Positions 52,561 to 64,000 of a stretch of DNA of 64,000 nt are shown in pieces. The notes under the pieces were generated by a model that had not been told where the DNA came from, ran no database searches, and worked only from the letters and a program-made list of their open reading frames with translations. Numbering within the stretch: position 1 is the stretch's first letter; each line of letters opens with the position of its first letter. Origin of the DNA: Carcharhinus longimanus (lineage: Eukaryota). The translations under genes were made by a program, and so were the position numbers. The stretch is taken from NCBI GenBank assembly GCA_030264375.1, contig JASCQW010000139.1, forward strand, positions 25,507,719 to 25,571,718, read 5' to 3'.

Positions 52561-52880
52561 GAGATATAGAGTATGGAAGAACAAATCTGGACTTGAAAGC
52601 AGGGAAGGAGAATTCTAAAAAACACATTGAGGGTCTAACAAATGAACCAAATCTGACCAGCAGTTAGTAACTAGGCTAGAATCATTCCAAAAAGAATTAC
52701 ATGCCCAGGTGAAATTGTCAAAATTATATAAGAGTTCCACAGATAACTCTGAGATAAGGACAACTCAGCTTACCAGGGTAGTTCTCATTACAGATCTGCA
52801 ACTACTCTGGTGAGTTGGGTTATAAAAGCCTCCAGAGTACCTGAACCTTTCAATTCAAGGACTTGAAGGGGAGAGATGGG

Positions 52881-52965
52881 ATAGCACTGCCGCAGTAATA
52901 GTGCGGCCGTAGTAATAACACTACCACAGTAATAGTGCTGCCGTAGTAATAGTGCTGCCGTAGTA
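52881..52965. repeat. Minisatellite, 5 x 17 bp
   Basis: atagcactgccgcagta / atagtgcggccgtagta / ataacactaccacagta / atagtgctgccgtagta x2. Confidence 0.9.
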
Positions 52966-54139
52966 ACAACAATGTAAATGTATGGGACTGGTAACAATGT
53001 AAGAAATGAAATAAACTAAACTAATATAAGTCCAAATGCATTGGATATCGATTTGGGGGTGGTGTAGTATAAAGGTCTGGCACATGCAGTGTTAATATGG
53101 ACTGAATACAGTAGTGCCCCCACACAGTGATGTCAGGCGGGACATGACCCAGAGGTCAGGGTGGGGTTGGGCAGAGACATGTAGAAACTTAAGCATGGAG
53201 GCTTCCTACCACCCCCAAAATGGCCAAGAGGTGGAATGGTGCAAGGAAACCTGAGTGCCTGCAGAGGGGGGTATTTTTAGCTCCTGCTTGCCTTGGAATT
53301 GGGACCTGGGGGCTAAAGATCAAGATCCCAGTCTCCTTCTCTCACCCCAACCCCTAATTCTTCTCTCTAGCCCATGCCTCTCTCTCTCTGAGATCCCAAA
53401 CTCTCACTCTTGTTCAAGCCCCTCTCACCCAATCCCACACTCTCATTCGAGCCTCTCTTTCCTTAACCCCCGAACCCTCCTCTCCTGGCCAAGTCTCTCT
53501 TTCCTCAAGCCCCCAGACTCACTCTCTCACCTGAGCATTTCTCTCCCAGAGCCCCCAGTCCGTCTCTTTTGCCCAAACCTCAGCCTTCCATCTCTTCCTT
53601 GCCTCGCATAACTATTTAACTGGATTACAATCCGCAGTTAGAAGCACATCTAAGCAAGATCTGTGCGTGTCGTTCACCCCGAGATGATAAGCATTTTGAT
53701 GTGTTTTCTGTGTGTATCTGACACCCAACAAATCCCTAATTTCTGTAACTAAAGATCACACAAAGATTCATTCACTGTTGGTGAATAACCCACTTTTCAT
53801 ATCCACAATAAGAAGTTTCTCCAACCCATTGAAATGTCTTACGACCTCTCAAACCAATTTACATTGGGTACACGAACAGTTTTACTTGAGTTTATAGACA
53901 GCTACTCATCTTTCCAAATCACAAGTTGAGGATTCCTGTGGTGTTATTTAATGCAAACATCCTTGGTTTTAAATCAACTGTATATTCCACATGGAAACAC
54001 ATGGAGAGGCATAAACAAGTCTGAATATCACACAGCTGAGTCAGATCCCAGATCCCGGTCAACACGAGATACAGAATTTGTTTCAAAGTGATTGCCTATT
54101 CTGTTTTTTGACGTTTGAATCACAGTTCAGTTTGATCTA

Positions 54140-55069
54140 AGAACCAAAGAATGGGGCCTCATGTCTGCTGCACATTAGTATCATGGCTGATCTTCTGCAT
54201 CTATTCTATTCACCTGCCCCTGTCCCCATATCCCCTTATTTCCTCAGTCTTGAATATACTCAACAATTCAGCAGCCACAGCCCTCTGAGATAGGGTTCCA
54301 AATATTTCTTCTTTCCTCAGTGCTGGACCTCTTGTCTTAGGAACTAGGAATTAAGAGCGAGAGTAAGCAATTCAACCCTTCAAGGCCATTCCGTCACTCA
54401 ATATGATCATGGCTGATATCCATGTACCTGGAGAAGGAAAGGAAGAGTGGAGAATGTATTGTTGCAGTCATAGTTAGGGTGTAAGAAAGATCAACAATGC
54501 GCAGTAATCCAAAAGTCTGATGGCAGCAGGAAAGAAGCTATTTTTGAGTCAGTTGGTATGTGATCTCAGACTTTTGTGTCTTTTTCCTGATGGAAGAGAG
54601 TATGTCCAGGGTGCGTGGGATCCTTAATTATACTGGCTGCTTTTCCGAGACAGTGGGAAGTGTAGACAGTGTCAATGGGTGGGAGGCTGGTTTGAGTGAT
54701 GAACTGGGCTTTGTTCGCAACCCTTTATAGTTTCTTGGGGCCTTGGACAGAGCAGGAGCCATACCAAGCTGTGAAAAAGCCAGAAAGAATGCTTTCTATG
54801 GTGCATCTGTAGAAATTGGAGAGCATGGTAGAAGGCATACCAAATTTCTTTTGTCTTCTGAGAAAGTAGAACCAAATCGAGTCATGAGGTTTACAGTATG
54901 CAAACAGGCCCTTTGGGCCAACTTGTCAACGCTGCCCAGTTTTTACCATTAAGTCAGTACCAATTGCCTGGGTTTGGCCCATATCCCTCTATACCAATTT
55001 TACCCATGTAACTGTCTCAGTGTTTTTTAAAAGACAAAATTGCACCCACTTTTACTACTACCCCTGGCA
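54140..55069 (-). mobile_element. Stack of antisense LINE fragments (CR1 tails and a Rex/L2-like piece)
   Basis: Reverse CR1 tails at ~54140-54420 and ~54880-55069; a different non-LTR fragment at ~54440-54870. Confidence 0.7.
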
Positions 55070-55091
55070 TTATTTTTTTTCTCCATTTCAG

Positions 55092-55265
55092 GAGGTACAT
55101 CCTGATGAAATTGATACTGACTCAGCCTATATCCTTTTCTATGAACAACAAGGTGTGAACTATGCACAGTTCCTGCCAAAGACAGAAGGCAAGAAGATGG
55201 CAGACACTAGCAGTATGGATGAAGATTTTGAATCTGATTATAGAAAGTACTGTATTCTGCAATGA
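55092..55265 (+). CDS. USP32: USP32 terminal coding exon (~34) with C-terminal CaaX
   Basis: ttcag|EVHPDEIDTDSAYILFYEQQG...DEDFESDYRKYCILQ*; 174 nt including TGA. Confidence 0.97.
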   Translation, partial: EVHPDEIDTDSAYILFYEQQGVNYAQFLPKTEGKKMADTSSMDEDFESDYRKYCILQ

Positions 55266-57365
55266 ATGTGTTCTTCCATTTGCAAAATGCCATGAAATTC
55301 CAGAATGACTGTGGCAACAAAACACTCCATGATGAAAGTTTCAGGGTTGGACAGGATTTCTGCTCAATGTACTGCTTCTGCAAATTATCTTTTATGTGAT
55401 TATGAAGCACAAGAAAAACATGAAGTTGAAAACAGATGGTAATACTGATTTTCCAGTTGTTATTTGCAACGTGTCAGTAGCCAATGTGATCTGCTACCTC
55501 CTTTTCTTAAACTGTTTCATGCATTGTGTTGATGAGACCAGAATGGTAGCAAGGCAGAAAGAAATTTAAACCTACTAAAACTTGGGCTACAGCATTTTAA
55601 CTCTAACAGAGTTACCATTAACTGTGTAGACTATATTTTCCCCTGGTGAATTTGGAGTGAATAGTTCATGAAACACAGTTTACATTTGTTACCTTTTTAA
55701 CTACTACTTCAGCTTGTATTTTTAATGTTATATAGTTGTAGGAAAATTAGTATTTTAAAACCTTTGTGTAAATTCTCCAGAATCAATTTCTTCTGTTTAA
55801 TGTAACATCCTGAAAAATTACAAAATACGTGCCATGATTATTTAAAACTATTGATACAAAGAATGAATTGAACTGAACCAATTTTAAACAATTAAAAAGG
55901 TAATGTAAAGTTGGGTTGTGTTTCTTGAATTTTCCTTGCTGTTCTGTTGACTTGCATGTTCTTTAAGCATAGAAATAATNNNNNNNNNNTAATTTAAAAC
56001 AGATTATGCTACACTGAGCTTGGCATTTTCTGTTCTTTTACCAATTCATATTTATTATGAATATAGAATAAACCATCTTTGGGTCATAGGTTTAATATTT
56101 TTCAATAGGCTGAAACTAAAAAACCTGATTGTTAAAGGTTTTGATGGTATTACATTTAAATTTCATCTGCATTTTCAGCACTGCTCCACAATGTATGATT
56201 TGTTCAAGTCGGTATTACATTATAAATACTTTGAACCCAGGATTTCTGTTTTTTACTTTAATATTAGTTTGGATTTTTAACACTTCATTACTTGAGCTGC
56301 AAAGCATCCAAAAACCTTGATGCATTTTCAAACAACTTTTTTTTGGCACCAAAAAAACAACCTAGTTAGCAGAAACAGATGATATGTTGATCTATTTTAC
56401 TATATTCAAAACTGGAACAAATATTTGATATCCAGGGTTAGGTACTATAATTGAACAGTGTTTTACCTTTACAGGTTATTGCAATTCCCGCCCAATGTGA
56501 TTTTTATTGATATCCTGCAACATCCTACAGCTACTTCAGATGGTCTTAAATATATATATATATATATATGTGTGTGTGTATTCATATAAAGACTACTAAT
56601 TAAACTCTGTTGAAGAGGAACATTGGCAAATACAATGTAACATGGAACAACTAGTTTGTTTCAGTTTGTTTCTTTGCATTACAGTCAATGTGTAACACAA
56701 TTCTCATGTACTGATTCTAGAAGTGATGGCTAAATTCTGTGCCTCGTTGCTTGGTGTTCTTAATCAATCTAGCCATGCTTTCTCGACACACAGTAACATT
56801 AAAGCAGAGATCATGCACTCAACAGTTACGTATATTCTAAATATCCTGATAAAACTACAGGTGCACATTATGAACAGAACAACAACAATTTTACATTGTG
56901 TTTCCAGAATTGTTCCTCTTCTTATGTTATACAAGAGTTTAAAACAAAATGCCTGAGTGTGAGAAATTAATATTTTAAACCACCCTCTCAACCACAGCCC
57001 TACAGTAAGGGCAGATAGTGCAATCTACTGCTGTATTGTGTGTTCTTACAAGTCCGTTATAAATACAATGGTTGAAAAATATTTTTTATTTAATTAAATC
57101 ATTAATAACTGCAGAATTTATTAATTTATGAGTAACTACATTACATCTTATTTTGTAAATTCTTGTAAAAAATATTGACATTGCACTGAATTAATTGGAA
57201 GATTTTTATGTACATAAGTGCTCTGTAAATAAACAAATAGCAGTGATGTATTGTAATACGAACTGTAAAAACTGTATTGGTAATTGTATATGGAGTGAAC
57301 CTGTTCATCTGTAACTATTAAAAACAATAAATACAGTGGCTGGAATGACCGACTTGAATAAATGT
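55266..57365 (+). other. USP32: USP32 3' UTR (predicted)
   Basis: AT-rich stretch after the stop with no recognisable TE, ending in an AATAAA cluster; contains a 10-N gap (55980-55989) and a (TA)n(TG)n microsatellite (56550-56579). Confidence 0.7.
57228..57362 (+). terminator. Polyadenylation signal cluster
   Basis: AATAAA at 57228-57233, 57326-57331 and 57357-57362 with many nearby TGTA motifs. Confidence 0.65.
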
Positions 57366-57769
57366 GTGAACAGATTTTTTTGATTAAAATCTCAGTAAAC
57401 TGAGTTGCCACGAGTATTAAATATTTGTGATCTTCTGACAAACTGCAAGGTTATTTTATCCTACCACCAATATTGTCCAATATATTAGCTTTTAGACATG
57501 TAAGATTCAATTAAAAGAGTATTTGGGCTCCTATACACATTTGACCGAGTATAAGTATGTACACATTAACCTCAGTCGATAATTTATTTTAGACTGTTAT
57601 CATACATACTATTTCATCACACTTCAATTCAGATCCTCAATTTATTCTCTCTTACTAGAAATTTTCCTGCTTCAAGCAGAACTATTTTCTTAATGAAGCA
57701 TTGCCTGCCAAGAAATTCACATATCGTTAATTAAGGATGCTCTTATCTGAGCAGTTCCTGTTTCATCAC

Positions 57770-58450
57770 TAAAGACAGTTGGACCTGGGCCACTGCCCTG
57801 TAGAACTCCAGTGAGGTCCTGGGCGTGAGATGATTGATCTTCAACCACACCGTCTTCCTTTGTGCTAGGGAAGACCCCAACCAGTAGAGAGTTTTCCCTC
57901 TATTCCCATGGACGAGTTTTGCTCAGGCTGATTGATATCAAGGTAGCATTTGACCGAGTATGACATCACAGTAGTCACGCTCAGTTCCCCTGTTAAGTTC
58001 ACCTTTATCCCTGTTTGGACTAAGCTGAGGTTGAGCTGACAGCCTTGATGGAATCCCAAGTGAGTGTTAGTGAGCAGCTTGTTGCTAAACATATGTCTCT
58101 TGCTAACACTTTCGACGATCTCTTTCATTACTTTGCTGATGATTGAAAGGAGTCTGGTGGGAGGATAATTGACCAGTTTAGATTTGTTCTTTTTGTGTAT
58201 AGGAAATACCTGGACAATTTGCCAAGTAGATACTAGTTTGGTACAGGCACAATTTGGTTAGTTCTGGAGCATGCTTTTAGTACTATTGCTGGAATATTGT
58301 TAGGACCTAAACCTTTGCAGTATCCAGTGACTTCAGCTTTTGAATATCAAGTGGAGTGTATTGACTTGGCTGAAGACTGACATTGGGGATGCTGAGGATC
58401 TCAGGAGGTAGCCAAGATGGATCATCTACTCAGCACCTTTAGCTGAAAAT
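57770..58450 (-). mobile_element. Non-LTR retrotransposon RT fragment, antisense
   Basis: Minus ORF 57865-58128 KEIVESVSKRHMFSNKLLTNTHLGFHQG resembles the RT ...Q.GFR region. Confidence 0.65.
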
Positions 58451-58453
58451 AGT

Positions 58454-58920
58454 TAGAATTATAGAAACCCTACAGTAAAGAAAAGAGGCCATGGGGCTCG
58501 TGAGCCTGCACTGACAACAATCCCACCCAGCTCCTATTCCCATGGCCCTATGTATTTACCTGCTAATCTCACTGACACCAAGGCCAATCAGTTTAACCTG
58601 CACATCTTCAGAGGAAACCTGAGCACTCGGGGAGGGGTGGAGGAACCACATGGGGACAAATGTGCAAACTCCCTAGTCACCTGGATCCTGCGAGGCGGTA
58701 ATGTGAACCACTATGCCACCAAGATGCTGGTTGTGAATGCTTCAACCCGTTGCACAATAATTGACGAGCGTCCAAAAGACGTGGTGAGGTGCACTGGCTC
58801 TGCTAAATTCTCCCTTTGTGTACCCAAACAGGCATTGGAATGTGGCAGCTCGGGGATTTTGACAGTAACATCATTGCAGTGTTAATGGAAGCCTACTGTG
58901 ACACTAATAAACAAACTTTT
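58454..58920. mobile_element. Two SINE pieces (58454-58722 antisense; 58765-58920 sense 3' half)
   Basis: Similarity to the 42502 and 35329 copies. Confidence 0.75.
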
Positions 58921-59029
58921 CTTAAAGTGACTGCTTTAGGTGATAGGACTGCCAGATGCTGACTAGCGTTCAGGACCTGAGATCCCAAACTGTGCTGCCT
59001 CTTCACTCTGCCCTGTCTGCTGGTCCAGG

Positions 59030-59330
59030 CTGAAATCCGGTCCCCCGGAAAGTGAAACCTCAGACAATCGTTCCTTTCCGCTTTGAGCCAGAGGCTGGCA
59101 GGGTCGGAACGCATATTCAGCGGCGAGAGTCCGTCAGGAATCTTTAGCAGCGGGGCCCGGGCAGGATGGAGGTGTAAGTTTTCATTCGTTATTTCGCTCC
59201 AGTTTTTTTAAGGAACATTCGCTGTAAATAATTGACAAGCGGTGCCGGCTGTGTTTAAAATGAGTTGTGTACCGCTGCTCCACATTTCACTCTCGGTCGG
59301 GGCTTCTCGAACCTTCCAGTAGCCGCATTT
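59030..59330 (+). promoter_or_regulatory. Small CpG island / candidate promoter with ISRE
   Basis: About 20 CpGs in ~300 bp; GGAAAGTGAAACC at 59047-59059; aggATGg at 59166 followed by a gtaagt donor at 59174. Confidence 0.6.
59166..59173 (+). CDS. Candidate first coding segment of an unidentified downstream gene (ATG GAG GT)
   Basis: Strong Kozak context (A at -3, G at +4) and consensus GTAAGT donor, phase 2. Confidence 0.35.
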
Positions 59331-60221
59331 TAATCCTTCACTTTTATCTCACTCCAGATAACTGTCTGTTCCTCTTGGTTCACCTCGAGATAGTTAAATA
59401 GCCTCACTTTCTGGTGAAAACCTTCTCCTGTGAAAATTCCCTGTCGGAATAGAAGGATACTTTGCCAAGTTGTCAAGACCTGTTATTTCAAATCAGTGCT
59501 TAGTTATATGTATTTGATTTATTATTGTCACGTGAATTGGGATACGGTGAAAAGTATTGTTTCTTGCGCGCTTTACAGACAAAACATACCTTCCATAAAG
59601 TACATGGGGGAGACAGAAAGGAGGCGATGTAGAATGTAGTATTAGTGGCATAGCCATATCGGCATAGTAGAGAAAAATCAACTTAATATAACCATCAACA
59701 TAAAATAACTGCTAACTAAGGCAAGACAAATAGTTTGTGCAGAAATGCTTGGATTATCGATACTGCGGACAAGAGCACGTGGTATTGACCAGTTGTGTCA
59801 AGCAGCCTTTTTTTTGCGCTGTAAGTTCTGTGTACTTATGTGTGAAGGATGCTTGAGGCATTACTATTCTCAAGTAATGCCGATGGTGCAACAAGTTGGA
59901 GGAGAATCTAAGAAGAACAGCATATCGGATAGCAGAGGAGAGATGGTATAAAAAGGTGGCATAGTGGCTGGAAAAAGGACATCAAGCTATATTGCAATGC
60001 CCTTTTGTAACTTTGATCTTCAAATGTTTTTACAACTTCCCGTCACCTTTTTTTGAGTAATCTCACTGTTAGTGATTTCCCATACATTTGTATCTTGTTA
60101 ACTCACTGTTTCCAAGTGTGGTAAGACCATTCTTTTGCAACCACTTAACTGCTTCTAAATTCTCTTTTCTGCTGTTCAAGAGACTTTTCTCTTCACTACT
60201 ATGATTTCTATCTTTGTACAG

Positions 60222-60288
60222 TTTACTAGAAGATTTACTAGTCAAAACGAGGAATCGGCAGGTTGTCTTATGGATAAAGGTTGGAGAG
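60222..60288 (+). CDS. Candidate exon 2 of the unidentified gene
   Basis: Long pyrimidine tract plus tacag acceptor; open in phase 2: (V)LLEDLLVKTRNRQVVLWIKVGE|gttagg. Confidence 0.35.
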
Positions 60289-60329
60289 GTTAGGTTTGTA
60301 TCCACTCGAGCTTAGAAGAGTAAGGGGTG

Positions 60330-60940
60330 AACATAAGAAATAGGAGCAGGAGTAGGCCATCTGGCCCTTCGAGCCTGCCCCGCCATTCAATAAGATCATG
60401 GNNNNNNNNNNNNNNNNNNNNNNNNNNNNNNNNNNNNNNNNNNNNNNNNNNNNNNNNNNNNNNNNNNNNNNNNNNNNNNNNNNNNNNNNNNNNNNNNNNN
60501 NCGCCACGTAAGTAATAGTCCTTCCTACCATTCTTCCTACCAAAGTGGACCACCTCACACTTGCCAACATTAAATGACTTGACTGAAACCTTCAGCACCC
60601 CTCAGGATCTTAACATGGTGGATATGGAAAGAATGTTTTCTCTTGTCGGAAATTCTAGAACTAGGTTCCTTGTTTAAAAATAAGGGGTTGCTCATTTAAG
60701 ACAGAGATGAGGAGAAATCTTCTGAGGTTGAGTCTCTGGAACTCTTTTCCTTTAAAGGCAGTGGAAGCAAGGTCTTTGAAGATGCTTAAGGCAGAGCTAG
60801 AAAGATTCTTGATGAACAAGGGGGTGTGAAAGGTAATTGAAGTTGGACAGCAACAATCAGATCAGCCATGACCCTGTTGAATGGTAAAGCAGGCCTCAGG
60901 GGCCAAGAGGCTTACTCTTCCGAATTCATATGTTCGTAAT
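60330..60940. mobile_element. CR1 LINE fragments around an assembly gap (N 60402-60501)
   Basis: Antisense tail at 60330-60401 and FNVGKCEVVHFG piece; sense tail at ~60610-60940. Confidence 0.8.
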
Positions 60941-61408
60941 AAAGGTATTTTTTAAAAATGTAGATAGGTAACCAGTTGAGATTTTTAAGACTGTATTTTG
61001 ATTCTTGAATTCTTCATCAGAAAGCATTCAGATCAGCCAGACTGATCAGTAATGATAGACAATCTATTCTCGGTTTGTGTTATTCATTCACCATCTACTG
61101 GTAGTAAGTGGAACGCCCACCACGCATATATACAGCAATATCTTCAAAATTACACTGTGTCTCCTGGCAATGCGAAATGGTCAATGATAGTCATCTGCAC
61201 GTGCAACTATCAGACATGTCAGCTACAAATAATTTAAAAATATTGGAAAGTAAAGCCACACATTTCTGTGGTTATTGTTAACACAACTATATAACAGATT
61301 GTGTAAGAGAAAATGGTGAATTGTATTTGTCTTTCGATTAAAAGCGTGAAATATGGCAATTTGTTTCAGGTATTGATGAGTGAGTTGCCAGGGTTTGTAT
61401 ATAATATG

Positions 61409-62285
61409 TGTGATGTTAGTGTACCTTTAAGAATTTTTTTAAAAAATCATGTTCTGTGCACCTCTCCCAGCCTCAGCTTATGTCATTGTTGCCAAGTTGT
61501 CTGTAGAAGTCCTTTTATTGCTACTTAACTGGGATTTGTTTATTTTTACTTTGGGATGTTTTATGATCCTGCATTGTTACGAGGAATACTGGTTGGCAGA
61601 TCATGTGTTCTGGACAGTTTTATTTCCATCCTAGTGAATTTAAGGTTTAATTTTCTATTTTGGCTGTCAACAGTTTAATATTTAGAAGACTTATCAAGCT
61701 GAAAAGAAGTGTTTTTCTCTCTCTCCCTGGTTCTGGAAATTCTACTGGTTAGCTGAAAGCAAGACTTCTTGTCTTCATGGAGTGAAACATCTGCAGTTAG
61801 TGGCTCACTTGCCCGGAGAGCGCCTCTCCCTAGTGTCCTGGGAAACTGTTGTAATTTCAAATTGTTCTGGGTGTATCCAGAGGGCTGCTAGAAGTTACAC
61901 AACTAAGAAGTCAGGGTTTCAATTCTCCAACCAAAGAACTCAGTTCCAGTATCACGTGGACATTCACTTTTGCTGTGTTAAATCTGTTTTGAAGGGTTTC
62001 GTCTATGGGAAGTTTTGTTTGATTGGAACATTTTAGATAAAGTTGTTAAGGGTTATACATTATCATGGTTGTTTTGTTTTTGTTTGTAATTGATAAAGGG
62101 TGTTGCTAATTTTCTGACGACACATGTTAACCTTATTCGTAATAAACTTTGTTGGAAAGAAGGTCTCTAGTGGGTCATTTGAATCATACCAGAAATGAAA
62201 CCCATCATGCTCATTTCAAGGTACAAAACTTATGATCCAGGCAGCTTCATAAAACACTTTGGAGTTTCTGACCTGAATTATAACA
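61409..62285 (+). mobile_element. Solo LTR (877 bp)
   Basis: tgtgatg...ttataaca termini; perfect 4-bp TSD TATG; AATAAA at 62141. Confidence 0.8.
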
Positions 62286-63626
62286 TATGCCAGAGAAAAA
62301 GATCAAGCTATAGGAAATCACCAAGGCTAAAATGAATATTGTATGTTGTTCTGAATAAAGTAGACCATTCTGATTCCAAAATCCATTCCTTACGTTTGTC
62401 AATTTAATTTTTTTCTTCAGTTTCCGTTCTCATTAAGATCGCTGCAAGTTTAAATTTTTCTTTAAAAAAATCGAGACGATGTGAAGAGACTGAACATCAC
62501 TTTGAGATTGCAAGAAATGAGTTGAGTCCTGATCTTCACTCACAATGATGTCACAGAGTGAAGTGGTACAACTGCACATGCATTGTGTTGGTAACAAACA
62601 GTAACTTAGACTTACCTGTCATAGTGAAACCCACATTGAATGAACATCAATTTTCAGCTAGAACTTATAAAATCAGATGTTCTTTGAAGATGAGATAGCA
62701 TTGGCACTTGTGCTAAAATAAATATTTGTAAGTAAATTGTCTTAAATTATTTATACTTTATATTAAAAAGGGGAAAGTATTAGTAACAGCTTTAAAAAAT
62801 TAAAAAGCAGAGGCAGTTGGTTATTTTTAATGAAATGTTTTATTAATTCTTTCTTTTGCTTATTGATGCAGTCCATTGCATTGAATGTTGACAAATGTCG
62901 AAAGGCGATTATGCCTTCAATATAGAAAAAAATTCCAAAGAATTTCTTGGTGGTGTATTTGGACAAAAATAAGTGCTAAGTCAAAGAACAAGATTTTAGA
63001 CAGAAGCAAGTAGTGTAATGATCTGAGCATGTGCTGTTATGTACCGACATCGAAAAATTGCTGTCCAAGTTTCACCACTTAATATCTCACTGAGAGACTT
63101 GGCATTCACACATGTATAGGGACATGATGTTGTAACCTATTAAACATGCCATAAGAAGTTGAGGCTTGTCGATTCAAATATAAGTGAATTTTTAGCAATA
63201 GGATAGATAAGTGTTAATTAGTACCAAACAACCTCTCTGTCGTGGGCATTCACTTTTATAAGTATGAAATGTCTTTTCTTCAGATTTTAATTGCTGTTGG
63301 GGATTTTTAAAAACAAAATTTTATTTTCTGTCTCTCGCATCTCTCTTCTGTTTTTGCTCTTTATTTTTCATGCTGTACAATTCTAATGTACACTTGCTGT
63401 TTTAGCTTCTGTGTCTTAGTAAAAATACCAAAATCTGATTGGTTGAGAAGACACATTGTTGCATATTCTGTTCACAAAAGTCCCAAGCCTCATGTAGAGG
63501 GTAGAGCGCTGTTCTGACTTTGATTAAACACACATTGCAGTTTAAAAGCTCTCAGAATGTCTGCAGGCCAGTGTAAGTGTAATGGAAAGTGAGCACCATT
63601 TGTTTACCACTGTTTTTAAAATCCAG

Positions 63627-63819
63627 GCCGTGGGTTTTCTTTCATCAAATCAGCTTCTTGCATTGCACCAGGGAGATGAAGTTGTGCTCTTCGCTTCAAT
63701 TACCATTGTCACATCAAATTTGATCTACCATTCTGCTTCCCTGGAATGGTTCAAATTTGTAACTACACCATTTATCAATGACATTATGTTTGAGATAGTA
63801 AAATCACTGCTTGTCATTG
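63627..63819 (+). CDS. Candidate exon of the unidentified downstream gene
   Basis: tccag|AVGFLSSNQLLALHQGDEVVLF...DIMFEIVKSLLVI(G)|gtaaga; only the phase-0 frame is open over 193 nt. Confidence 0.4.
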
Positions 63820-64000
63820 GTAAGAATTGCTTTTCAGTCGTCTAGAACAATCACAATGTTTTGATCGCTGCATCTTGAATCCCTTTTCAGCCACACAGTA
63901 AGTATTGGTGTGGTTATCTGAACTTTGGAATTTGCTTCATGTTGGATTTGAAGGAATAGTTGTCACTAAAATAACCTTTATCTGAGTTTTCCTAGTAGTG

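Noticed and set aside
52881-52965. CRISPR-like array
   Set aside because: Contiguous tandem units with no unique spacers, in a vertebrate intron with no cas genes
55089-55094. NAGNAG alternative acceptor (CAG GAG) at the last exon
   Set aside because: GAG is a poor acceptor next to a strong CAG; no evidence of use
62421-62550. Extra coding exon after the strong ttttcttcag acceptor
   Set aside because: Two frames close within ~35 nt, and the third is phase-incompatible with the proposed model and lacks a convincing donor

Overview
AT-rich, CpG-depleted, repeat-laden vertebrate DNA. The CR1 LINEs, HE1-type tRNA SINEs and Penelope fragments point to a cartilaginous fish, probably a shark (inference). 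The main content is the 3' two-thirds of USP32 on the + strand: 21 coding exons from 3800 to the stop at 55265. They have canonical GT-AG borders and matching phases, and include the Cys box (TGT 15873-15875), the His box (CAC 48380-48382) and a C-terminal CaaX (CILQ). A ~2 kb 3' UTR follows. Exon numbers 14-34 are by recalled analogy to human USP32. The introns hold LINE, SINE, LTR, Penelope and Harbinger remnants, and the window has four assembly gaps. The most notable non-routine signals are: (1) a small CpG island just downstream of USP32 with an ISRE, followed by three phase-compatible exon candidates for an unidentified protein; (2) a 42-nt in-frame alternative donor in USP32; (3) two related LTRs with different insertions at the same homologous site, one LTR retaining a PBS; (4) an intronic ~250-bp duplication; (5) a long near-perfect hairpin; (6) an antisense exon-like segment. 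I found no clear evidence of a novel multi-gene system.
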